From Amoebophrya sp. A120 (taxonomy: Eukaryota > Protista > Dinoflagellata), in NCBI GenBank assembly GCA_905178155.1, contig CAJINV010000020.1, positions 1,178,001-1,242,000 on the forward strand: a stretch of 64,000 bases of DNA, in the 5' to 3' direction. Made by a program: the position numbers and the translations under genes. Shown here one piece after another: positions 10,201-22,200 of the stretch (within the stretch, counting starts at the first letter, position 1; each line of letters opens with the position of its first letter). The notes below the pieces were generated by a model. It did no database searches and was not told the origin of the DNA. It worked only from the letters and a program-made list of their open reading frames with translations.

Positions 10201-13200
10201 CCGGGCTAATTCTTTTCCTTCTTTCCGCAGGTTAAGCTCGAACATCCGGATTTTCTTGAGCTTCGTCTTTTCTAAGTTGAAGATCTTGGCGATTTCCGCC
10301 GGCGGGGCGTCGCGATGCTCGCGGTACATTGTTACTGCTGTGAGCGCGAAATTGCGGGTCTGCAACAAAGAACTCCACTTCTTTCCTTGCATCGTCTCGC
10401 TTTGAGCCGGATAGTGCCAAATTTCACTTAAATGGCTACGGACACTGTCCATCGCGCACGCCAGCGCTTCCGCGAGTTTCCCTTGGCAAGCCTGCCGAGA
10501 AGCAATTGCTTCCAAACAATCCAACAAAGTCACGCACGTGGAACGTAACTTGTCGGGGTCGGAGGATTTGGAGGCAATGAGGTTTTTGGACATGCACCAG
10601 CGGAAACCAGTGATGACTTCCATCAGCTGTTTCGAATTTTGTTCAGATTTTCCTAAGTCCTTGATGTTCATCAACATTGACTTCGCCTGCCGGTCTACCG
10701 GCTGTTTGACGAAGTAATCGATATGCTCGAGATTCATCCTAAGTCTGACTATCAAAAAGCTGATCGTGGCAAAGGTCCCTGTGGATGAAAAAAAGGCAAG
10801 GCACTAAAAGAGGCATGGGGTGACAGCTGTACTAGCTGTTTCTGTGCTCCAATTTTTTTGATCGTATCGTCGTGCCCCATTTGATCTGGGCTTTTACAGG
10901 GCGGCAAAAAATGCCCGTGCGCAGGGTGGGCCGTGCTCTAGGCTTTTTTCCCTCCAGGAGCCGGGGGCTACCCCAGAGCATATGGATCACGTGTGTGGGC
11001 GCTCTAGAGAATGGCACGGGAGCGTCCTCCATACCACTTACTGCGGCTCTGACATGTATGACAAATTGAAAGTCGGGTAGCCAGAATATGGGGTGCTAAA
11101 TACATCAATTCGGGTAAATTGTCAATAACAATAGAACCGGCAGCGTTCGGCTTTCTGCGCCACCAAGTATGCCACGCTCGCACACAGGAGGGAATAACCG
11201 TTGATGAGGCCGAGTTCGATCAGCATGTACAGAATCAAAACTCTTCCCGCGGACGTTGAGTAGAGCTTAATGATGTAGCACCAGTGCTGCGCGGACCGGT
11301 AAGTGCGCATGAACGATTCAAAGTCAAAACGACTGTCGTCGTAAGCGGCTCGTGCTAACAGTGCAGGCGCATTGTGCAGGCGTTGCACCAGAATCCAGCA
11401 CTTCTGTACGAAAATGCGCGTGACATAGGCCCAAAAGCGCCAGCCCGAGAGGTGCATCAACGGTCGTTCCATCTTGTTATGATTTTTGCTAATACTTAGT
11501 CTATCATTCGTCAAGGATTTTTGCTCTCGTGCAGTCGCTCGAGCAGTGAAGACGAGAAGGAAGGACGAAAAAGCGGTAGAAGAACAGAGCGAGACAAGAA
11601 TGTCCATGCTGGGCGTGGGCATCAGGGTGTGATTCCTTTTGTGTGGCGAGTGTTAAACTACGCTGTACAGATTTTCGCCACAGTTCTGAATGAAGTCCAG
11701 TACTTTCCCGCACACCGCCATGTCACAATTGCCCTCGCCTGCGTGAGCGAAAAGCCTCGGGCAGAGTTCTTGAAAGCTCGAAAGTGAGATTTTTCCCCAG
11801 GCTATTTTCTCAATGCAAGCTGTAAACTTGATCGCGTCGTCGTCGTGTATGAAGGACGCATGTGCGCTGTCGAGATTCCTGAGGGCTAAGACACTGTTGT
11901 AATCATCTATGGCTTTGCTCTCGTGCATATTCACCATGTTCCTGAGCTCTGTGCTGGAAGTGGGTGCATAGTGGATATCTAAACAGTAGGAATTTCTCCA
12001 GCCGCCCTGGTGATATGCTAATCTGCGTGAGGCGTCGTGGGCAATAAAATGCTTTGCCCCACCTTTGCGGAGTGAGATCGGCTTCTTTGGAGCTACATCC
12101 GGCAAGGCCGTTTCGAAGAATGTTTTCACATCTTTGCGAATGCCGTCCTTGCTACTCTTCTGCCCGCCCCTATTTCTAATGTTAGCGCTACCGATTACGA
12201 AAAAATAAGCGTCGTTTGGCGACCACTTTCTGCCAATAACAGCGTCGAAGAATGCCCTGCCGAACCTTTGGCAAGCTCCTAAGAGGGTCGTGAAGTATGA
12301 TGGTGCCCAGGCTTCTGAGCCCTGAGACAACTGGTCGCTTTTTGCGTGCGCTACAAAAGTTGCAAATTGGGGCGAGATGCCGCTTGTGCATGTTACAGTA
12401 ACATCCTTCGCCCTCAGCTCGCGCAATTCGTCGCTTCTTCTTACACAGAAGAAAGCGACAATTACCATCGTCAGCTTCTGCAACCGCATTACTAAACTGA
12501 TGTCTGATGGTGACATGTTGAGAACTGCACGCTTGGACCATTCCTTGTCTGCCTTGAGGAGGTGTCCATGGTGTTGTGACCAGTGATCCCATTCTGCGTG
12601 GTACGCATCCAGCATCTCGGTCGTGGAGGGACACCATTTTGCGTCGAGCGGGGCACCATGGTGTGCTTCTTTCTTGAGCCTGAGAATGTTAACATTATGG
12701 TATATCCATATGGAAATGATTATATGGCGCAAATAATTGTGGCAGTAGTAAGAAAAAAATTCTCGAGCAGTAAGAAAGAGCATTACCCTTTCCACAGCTT
12801 CTGGAAAAAGGCTCCTCTGTTCTTCGTCGTGTACCCACTGAGCTCTACCCGGGAGGCATTGAAGGCGTTCAATGCGGCGCTTAGCTGCAGGAAGGCGCCC
12901 CACCGTATCCGGTTCGTCTCTTTGTTTTTGTAGGCTTTATGAATCTCGTGGACGTGGGCAAAAGCTACGAGCATGAGGGTGGCCCCGGCATCGGAGGTTA
13001 TGGGCCATAAAACGAACCCAAGTTCTTTTGCTACTGCTGGCACAACTTTTGACAAAATTGCCGAGTATCCTTTCGAAGTGCCATCCGTGATGGACGCACT
13101 CGCGTGCTCTGCGGTGGCTGCGGTCAGGAGTTCGGCAGCCTGGTTCGATAGCGGGAACGCGTCGAATATGCCGTTGCTCGACGCTTTGATCTCGAAATCG

Positions 13201-16200
13201 AAAGTCACTCCGTCTTCACAGAATGGCTTGCACTTTACAACGGCTTTTCCTTTCGCTTGCTGGTAAAAATGTAGCACGCTCGCGATCGACGGAGTCGGCG
13301 TTGAGAGAATGACGTTGCCCGGTCTGGAAATGAGTGCAACTGAATCAGACGTGGCATCGCTCCCGGACGACGACGACGAAGCCATGCTGAAGTTGACTGA
13401 TAAAGACGATGCTGAACTTGACGAACTGCTGCTGCTGACAGGCTTGAAATTCAATAATGCGTCGAGCGGCTTTTTAACTTCTTCTTTCCGTTTCTCCATG
13501 TGCTCGTGGATGCCCGCCAAACGAAAAGCAGAGGAAGCGAATTTGTGCTGGCTGCTTGGTGAAGACACCGCCGTTACAAAACCTGAATCCGGGATGATTT
13601 CGCTGAACTCATCAAGTGCCTGCTCATGCCAGTCTTCCACTTGCACCAGCTCAGTTTCTACGGCGTCCATGATGGTATTGTAATAATCTGGGGCTTTTCG
13701 CTTTGATGGCTGTGATGGTCTTGCTGCGTCACTCAACTGTGGGTGGCTTTTTGTGGTTGACTTCTTGTCGGCTCCTGCTAGCTCCTTCAGGGAGGCTGCA
13801 ACTGCTGCTTGCTCTGCCAGTTTTTGTAGCTCGCGCCGCAGGACGTCCTCGCCCAGGGCTTCGTGACACGCATTATTTGCAATGAACTTACTCATTATTG
13901 TATTTACAACCTATTCGCACTAAAGAAGCGGCAGGACGTAAAAGTACGAAGCTGAATCGTAAGCGGCTTATCGCTCTGGTCAGAAATCACTCAGAGTGTA
14001 GCGTCATGTCGCTGATGCGCTCTGGAGATCTCAACAAGCAGCTGCTGCGTAAAAGGACAAAAAAGACGCAAAACAAGAAAAAAGGAAGAACACTGCGACC
14101 TGCTCGTAACCTCCTGTGCAGATTTGCGGGCTGGTGCTGAGACTTCTATTTCATCATTTAAAAAATTCGTAAGGAACGTTTTGCAGACTGATTATTGTCC
14201 GAACGGGTTGTTATACGCTGGAGCTGAAGCTTTTCCACCATTGTTTTTCTGTCGCTTCAAACCGGCCCCCTTCCCGCCCTGATTGTTAAACTGTGGGGCC
14301 TTTGGGAAGGGACGCAGCATATTACCACCTAGACCTTGCTGCTGGCTTCCATGCTGCTGGAACTGCTGGCTCCCCTTGCCTCCTCCTTTGAGGGGACAGT
14401 CTTTGTTCCAGTGCGCCTCACCACCACATTGCGGCTTTGGGCACTTGATGCAGCAGATGTTTCCCGCTGCAGCGCACGCTTTCAAGCCCAGCTGGCCGCC
14501 CTTGTGGTGGTTGCCCGGTCCTTTGCCTGCCATGATGCAGCTGACGCAGCTCTGCGTGTGGGACATCCAGGTAGACAGAATCGCGGGACTCTTCGCATTC
14601 GCAGCCTCCAGTGCACCTAGGCCGCCCGCGGTCGTTTTGGGTGCGTTATTCATGATGGCGTTGATTTCGTCGCACGCAATTTTGTTCTTCTGCTGCTCGG
14701 AGCTTGCACCACCACCGGGGTGCTGTCCCAAGTCCGGGACTCGATTTTTGTTGTTGCCGCCGATCATAGACATGAGATTTCCACCCAGTTGCATCATGCG
14801 TTGAATGATATTTGGTTTACACAAATTATCACACGCTGCCGCTGTCATGGCCGCCGCGTATTCTAAATTGTAAAATCCCTCGTCGGTTGGAGATGTGGTA
14901 TACTTGTTTTTGAGCTGGGCCGCGAATTCTTTGATGAAGAAATATCTGAGGAGAGTTTGTTTTTATCATTACTTAGCAAAACAGCTCACTCATGCGTGAA
15001 TATGCAAAAGGCATGGCAGAATACAAAGGATGAACAAACGATGAGTGAGAGTCTGGAAGCATCGGACAAAACAAACAGGATATACGTACACTTGGTAATT
15101 GTAATTCAGCGGTAGCTTCTTGGGCGCGATCGAGTTTTTGGTCAACGCGGCTGATTTTCGTTCGTAGTATGTCACTGGCCATAAGAAATACCGGGCCAGG
15201 ATAGTCCACTCTTCGTTCGGGAAGAGGTCTATCAGTGTCTGGAGGTATTGCCTCAACTCGTACAAGGAACCCGCCGGGGGCAAGATCATGTTCTTCCAAC
15301 TGCGCTTGGGAATATCTTGCTGGTTGGTACTGTCGATGAAGCTCTGTGAGATCAAAATGTAGAATCAAAATAAACCGATATGCAACATCCACATCATCAC
15401 ATGACCAGAAAAAACAAGATATGCCTGTGCTGCCGCGTTGGTGGTTGCCAGGTGCACGGCGAACAACTTCATCATGAACTTGCCTTGGTCTTTGTCGATT
15501 TTCTGAGATCTTCTGACCGGGGGGCGCTTGAGAGTTTCGTAGTACTTGGCCTTCAGGTCGATCGGTGTGGCCGCGAAGGTTGCGCACCACGGGTGGGCTG
15601 CAGTCACTTGCTGAGTGACGTCTGCTGTGCCCGCTCGCTGATCGATCCTGTCCTTGACTTTCGAGGAGTCCGAGAGTGTCTTCGTTCTTTTGCAGGCTTT
15701 GCATTTCCCAACTTTTGTCTGGAAATCGTAGCTGCCGAACTCGTCGATTAGGATGACCCCTCCAATCGTCTTGTAGCAGTTGGAGCAAATGCAGGAAAAT
15801 GCTGCACAGCTTGCTTCCGAGCAAAACAACTCACGATCGGCATCGGCGATCGTGCCGGAGAAGCAGATAACGCATCTTGGAGACATCGTGAGCGAATGCT
15901 GGTTGCACTCAAGTAAAGCTGTACATTGCACATAAATACAAATGAAGAGGTAGGAGGATCGTGTTCTGTGTGACGACGACAGGAAGACGAAAAAGGAAAG
16001 AAAAAATAAAAAAGCATGTGCACAGGACGTCATAAAAGTAGAACGCAACGCGATCATAAAACAACGAAAAACGCGAGCTATCACAAATGCTTTTTTGAAT
16101 TGGACTTTTTCGTAAATGAGCAAACTTTTGCGCTCAGAAAGACCTACTAGCGTCAGCTCGTATCACAAGACATGTTCGTCTGAAATCTAAAGAGCTCTGA

Positions 16201-19200
16201 TCCTAGCTTTCGGCTAGTTCTCGTTTTGCAACTGCAGGCGCTGTTCATTGCGCTGCAGCGGCTCATTGAAAGTATCGTTTGTCATGTTCGACGCCACGGA
16301 TCTTTCAGATAACAATTTCACCGCACCGGGTTCGGTGGGGGCTTGTCCTAAGAACCAGTCGGCGAAGGCCGGGCTCCAGGCCTTGGCGGAGGCGAACTGT
16401 GGCAAGAAAATAGTCGGAAACTCCCAGAGTAACGTCTTGAATCTCTGGGACGGCTTTGCCCCCATCGCCAGGCGACTCACCGTTTCCTGAAAGAATTGAT
16501 GAAAATGCACATTACAAAGCAATGCAAGAGAAAAAGCATCAGTATGTCATGCATAAGATACAATGAAACGCAACTAATACCAGCAGAGCGCTTGTAGTTC
16601 GCAACTTAGATTCTCGCAGTTCCTGGCTGTAGGCCATGCAGTTGGCTCTGGCAATTTGCGGGTCTTGGTGCTCATCATCCATGATGGTGAACGCACGCGG
16701 GCCTGCTGCTTGTACGCGCTGAGCATGAGCTTCGACGAGGTTGGCGACCGTCTCCAAAGACAGGCTTCCGCACACCAACGCACACCAGACGGGCGTGTGC
16801 AACGAAATGTCGTTGGCACACGAGGAGAGGACACGCTGCATCTGCAGTAGATCGGCAGCGGATAACGACAGAGCCATCTTGTTCTGTGTCCAAACACGAA
16901 TTTCTGTCTTCTCGCCTGCAGGGCAGAGGGAAAGTAATTCGCGGAGATCCTTTTTCAAACGGGAAACTACAAGCAGTGAACCGGATGAAAGCAGGGGCAT
17001 CGCGTGGTCTCGGTAACAGCGCGATGCAATAACTAACCAAAGTCACGCAAGATCAACGAAGTTGACACGTAACACAGATCTTGGAGAAATACGCGACAGT
17101 GATCCAGACAGGAGCCAAGAACACAGGCGCGTTGCAGACTTATGCATGGCGCGCACAAGGTGCGCTCCAATGACAGTGGCAGCTGCAGCCGAAGGCTACC
17201 ATGGTCCATAACGAACCGATGGCTTTCTGACATGTTATCAGAGATTATCGGAACTGTGTGTGCATCGCGGATGTGCAATGCCCAACAGGACCTTAATCGA
17301 CGACGAAGGAACCGAGACGACGAAAGGCGACGAAAAGCTGCTGGTGTGCAGATTTCGAACGCGAAAAGGAGCTGCCACAATGCCGGGCGACAAGGTCGCC
17401 GTGCGAATGTGTCATTCGCTTTTCAAAATAAAGCGTGAGTGTGGTGACCGGATGCTCACAGCCCCGACTTACGAACTACCATAGACAACTCCCACAATTG
17501 ACGATCAACTATTTCCTTACGAAAACCTCAGATCTCATAATTTTCTGTGAATAACCCTTCCCGCCCTGAAACTTGCACGTCCAATTTTCCTGGATGGTTG
17601 CAGCAATACCGGACTCGTCTGGCGCTCCTCCTGTTGCAGCCCATGCGGCCGGCGATGGCCGTGCCTCGAGTGTACTACTACTGCTGGGTTCATCTGACTC
17701 CTCGTTCTTCTTATCGGATGGCTCCGTGTCGGTGTCGCTACCGCCCTTCTCCGGAGGTTCCCCGCCCTTCTCCGGTTCTTGTCCCGTGTCGCTACCACCA
17801 GCCGGGTTTGCTGCCGTGTCGCTCCCACCGGCCTCATCTTTTTCTGCCGTGTCCTTGCTCTCACCGGCCGCCTTGTTCTCCGGTTCTTGTTCCGTCGTCC
17901 TGGTTTTCGTTTTCTGTGGTGGCGGTAGAGCTGCAACTATACTTTCACCGCCAGGGACAAACGACTCGACGAAGCTTTCGAGCGCCCCGGCCAGCCCGCC
18001 GCTGCGCTTGTCCAGCAGACCGGGGAGGGAGTTCCAAAAGGCCGCGTTCGCCTCACCTGCCTTCTGCGCCTCGTGGAACAGAGGCTTTTCGAACCCGCCC
18101 TCCATGAAGGATTTCGCGTTTTCCTGCTGCGCTTCCTCGAACGCGCCCGTTTCCACCACTTCCACCATGTCACTGGCGCCGGGAAATGCGTCTGCGCTCG
18201 GCTTCTGGCTGTCCACAAAGATGACGTTGGTGATCTTATCCAGGTCCTCGTCGGGGTCAAATTCAGCGCTCGCAGAACTGGAAGGTGAACTGCTTGCACC
18301 AGAAGTTGTACCATCAGCTCCTGTCGAAGAGGAATCTTGTTCCACTGTAGAAGAACCTCCTCCTGCTGCACCCTTCGTCCACGGCGCAAAGTCCGCGGCG
18401 GACCGTCCCACGCCAACCGTTGCTCCGCCGCCGGCCCGCTTGGCGCTGAGCGCACGCACCACCGCGTCGGCCAGACGCTCCAGCTCCGGCACCGCGTGGT
18501 AGCCCATCTCCGCCTTCTCCCGGGCCCGCTGTGCACGCACCACCAGGCGGCCGGGAATCGCCCGGTGCCACACGGTGTCGTCGTCTGCTATGGCGTTCTC
18601 AAGTGGTAGTACATTCTCAACCGTTACATGAATTTGTGACGCAAGAATTGAAATAAAAGTGAAAGGGGGGAGCATTGCGCGTCTTGCATGACAGACTTGG
18701 TACAGATTAACAGCCTCCTTGGCCTTTCCAGAATTTGTCATGCTGAGCAGCTTAATCGTGTAGATGATAATGGTAGTTTTGCATGACAAATCACGTAACA
18801 CTAACAGTTGAGAATGTCACGTTTGAGAATCCCATATCTGCTACCGCGATTAGGCTCTGGTACCCAATCCGGAACCGTCCCGGGTCGTTTGCGGGCGGGG
18901 GTGCGGGCGCTTCGTCAGGGTCAGCTGCAAGTGTTTTTTTCAGTTCCTCTCTGGTTTGTATTCTAATTCCTTCCTGCACAGCGGAGGAGGAGGATGCTGC
19001 ACTGGAGCTGGCACTAGCAGCTGACGTCGCAGCAGCTGCACTGGAAGTGGAAGAAGATGAGCTACTTCCCTCAGCCTTCTCCTCCGCAGGTTTATTGTTC
19101 AATGCGTCCATCATGCTCTCGAAGGGATACGGCACCTTGTTCAAATCTTCGCTGTTTTTCTCCTGCCCGAGCTTGCGCAGTGCCCGCGTGACCACATACT

Positions 19201-22200
19201 TCGCGGGGTATTTCAGGTCGTAGGCCTCGCGTTTCCGCTATCCACAGAAAAAAACCCACCCACATCCATTGTTTGCATGACAAACACATGACTTGATACG
19301 TGTTTTGCATGACAAATTGGATGTGGATGGATCTTTTTCTGTGGATATCCGCACTAGCGGCTTTATCTTCGCGGCTGGAGGCTTAGGCTTCGCTGACGCG
19401 GCGCCTTCCGTCTCTTTCTTCGTCGACACCTGCACTGCACTGGTCGGCTCTAAGGCAGATCCCTTGGTAATGGGGCTGTTACTCCCGTTGACCCCGCAGA
19501 GAATGTTCCGGATCAGCAGCTTTTTGTTTTGCGGAATCGTGTCGGTGTTCCACCAGCGCTGCACTCTCGCGACGGCTTTGTCCATCCGTTCGTGCGGGAC
19601 CGCGCGCGGATCCAGGCGGATCTCCCGATCGCGGAAGATCGGGTCCGTCCAGATGGAGCGGAGCTGCGCGCCCTGGACGCGCTCCCGCTCCAGGTCCGGG
19701 TTGCTCGCGGCTGTGATAAGACTCCGCACGGTGTCCGGGCTCCACACGTTCGGGATTTCGCCGGTCGCCCCGTCCGGCTCGTACTGCTTTGTCAACTCCG
19801 AATTGGGTTGCGCCGGCCCGGCGGCCTGGGTTTCGCAGCGCTCCTTCCGCCGGGTGGGGTCCAGCTCCTGGTCGCGCCACCGGTAGATCCCTAAAGAGTC
19901 CTGGTAGAGTATGGGGCTCTCAAGCGTTACATTCTCAGCTGTTATGTGCTTTGTCATGCAAAATCACCATCAGAACCGACACGATCAAGCTGCTTCGCAT
20001 GGCAAATTCTCGAAGCGCCGGGCAGGCTGATAATCTGTGTCCAATCTGTCACGCAAGACGCGCAAGGGCAAGGTCCCCACCTTCACTTTTGCCATTCTTG
20101 CATCACAAATTTATGGAAACAGTTGAGAATGTAGCATGTGAGAACGCCATACAGAAGATCCCGTACCGGCTCGTGCCCTCGTCCTGGTGCTGCAGGTCCG
20201 TATCCTGTGCAAAAGTATCGCACTCGTATTGCAATCATGCACTACAAATCTTTTTCTTGAGGCAGATCAGCATTACAAATCTTATTTCTCATGCTGAGGA
20301 AATTTGTGATGCATTTATACCAGTACGATACTTTTGCACTTCATAGTCCGGGTGCTGCAGCAGCACGCCTGGCCGCCATAAACAAGACTTCTCGTTGCCC
20401 TCGGAGCTCAATACGTGCACCAGGTCTCCCGGCGCAAACTCGCCGGGCATCACCAGTCCGGGCTGCGCCCGCAGCGACAGCGCGTCTGGGAATCGCACGA
20501 CGCGGGGCTTCACGTCGCCCTGCGCCAGGTCTTTCTGCCGGATGTTAGCCGCGGCCTCGATTGCAGGGGGCGTAGCTGCCGCCTTGTTCTCTGCTCCAGC
20601 AACAGCAGTCTGGTGTTCTTGTTGGACCTGCAGTTCCTGCTTCTTCGTGGTTTCGGTTTCGCCCACTTCGACAGCAGAACTACTGCTGGAAGATGATTTT
20701 TTCCCTGCCGTCTTGAGGCTGCTGCAGCCGGGCACTTTGACTTGCCAATATTTTCGCTTCTTGCCGTCCTTGTCTCGACTGAAAACGTAGTCGAGGATGC
20801 CACGGAAATAGCCAAGGCAATTCGGTCTGGTTTTGTCGTTCAAGTATATCCGGACCTGATCCCCCGCAGTGAAATGGTCCCAAAATTGGAAGCATCCTGT
20901 GCAAAATTATCGCACTCATATCAAATGGTGCTAGTCTTCTTGCATTACCGATGATCTAGACTAGTTTTTTACCTGAAGCTGCGTGACAGATTACATTCTT
21001 CCTGTTGGAAAAATTTGTCATGCGATAACTTATACATAGTGATAGTAGTGCGACAGTTTATTTGCAATGCTTAGAAAGGCCCCGGGGACGCGTGCGAACT
21101 CGTCGATGGTGCGGAGGACGCGTCGCACGTCGGGCAGCTCGGTGGGAGCCGTACCGTCCGCCGCGGGCTCCAGTAACTCCAGGTCCTGCAGCGCCCCCCG
21201 CACTTCCCCGGGCAGCTGACATTCGTGGTAGTGGAACGGGTCCTGTCGGTTTTTCGCCATCCGCTGGCCGCGCTTGGCCAGGTCCCGCACCAGAAACACG
21301 TCCTGCAGGGAGAGCGCGTCCACCGTGCCGCTGACCAGAAAATTCAGCCCCGGTTCCTTGCGGCGGACGACGCGTTCGTTCTGCGCGGCGGACCCGTCGT
21401 TCAAAGCGGTCACCACCTCGTCGCCAGCGCCCATCGACCAGTCGTACTGCTTACGCCCGCCGCCCGCAGTCTCGGTGGCCGTCACCTTCGCGAGATACGC
21501 TGGGTCCTGGAGCAGCTCCTGCATTTTTTCCTCCGTAAACTTCTGCCGGGCCTGCCGCTCGTCCTCGGCAGACTGGATTTTGTCCGGATCCGCCCGGTCC
21601 TCCTCGGACGGGGCGATCGCCGACACGTCCTGCAGGTCCACGGGCGCCAGCGCCGCGAGCCGCATGCCCCGCACCTCGGACACATCCACCCAGCCGGGCT
21701 CCGCGAGCCGGCTGTAGTCGCCGCAGGTCTCGCGCAGCGCGCGGATCGCCCGGGAGTTCAGTCCGGGAAACTTCCCGAACTTCCCCGACACCTGCCAGCC
21801 GCCCAGCTGCCACATCACGGCGTCGACTTGCACCCGGTCCCCCATGGTGCTCTGCGCGGTCCGCCGCAGGCTGTCCCCGGCCTTCAGTTTGTAGATCTGG
21901 ACGCGGGCGTGAGGGTCCTCGGCGTTGGTCGTGTAGGACTCAAAGATCGGCACGTCGTTGCTCGCCACCTGAAAGAAGGGGTGGTGGAGGCTCCGCCGTT
22001 GCACGAAGTACTTCGGCACCGGGTGCGCGGCGGCGCCGTCCCCGCTGCTGAACGTGATGAAAAGCTTGCGGATGTCGTCCGCGCGCGTTTCGAGCAGGTC
22101 GCTCTCGGGCGTCTCAGCCTGCAAGACCCTTGCGCCTTTCTGCGCGGCCGCGACCAAACCTCCAGATCCGGTGCCTGCTCGTCTGGTGTTGAGCTGCAAT

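Larger units (their letters stand above)
4779..17542 (-). mobile_element. Full-length tyrosine-recombinase (DIRS-order, PAT/Ngaro/VIPER-like) retrotransposon with split direct repeats
   Basis: Split direct repeats A1 (17420-17542), B1 (5232-5420), A2 (5114-5236) and B2 (4779-4967). Internal ORFs show YR, RT (YVDD), DIRS-type RNase H and methyltransferase-like motifs. TAATT occurs at both ends and at the B1/A2 junction. Confidence 0.93.
4686..17553. mobile_element. Introner (CCATCCCCATCCA TIR family) whose right TIR is split by the retrotransposon
   Basis: Left TIR tattccctgaaaattaaccatccccatcca (4686-4715). Right TIR rebuilt from 4765-4783 plus 17543-17553. Flanks gccct/accct. Confidence 0.85.

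Noticed and set aside
18560-18840. Recurrent peptide 'HVTVENVTFENAI' in many ORFs, suggesting a repeated protein domain
   Set aside because: It is the translation of the family-1 introner TIR, not coding sequence.
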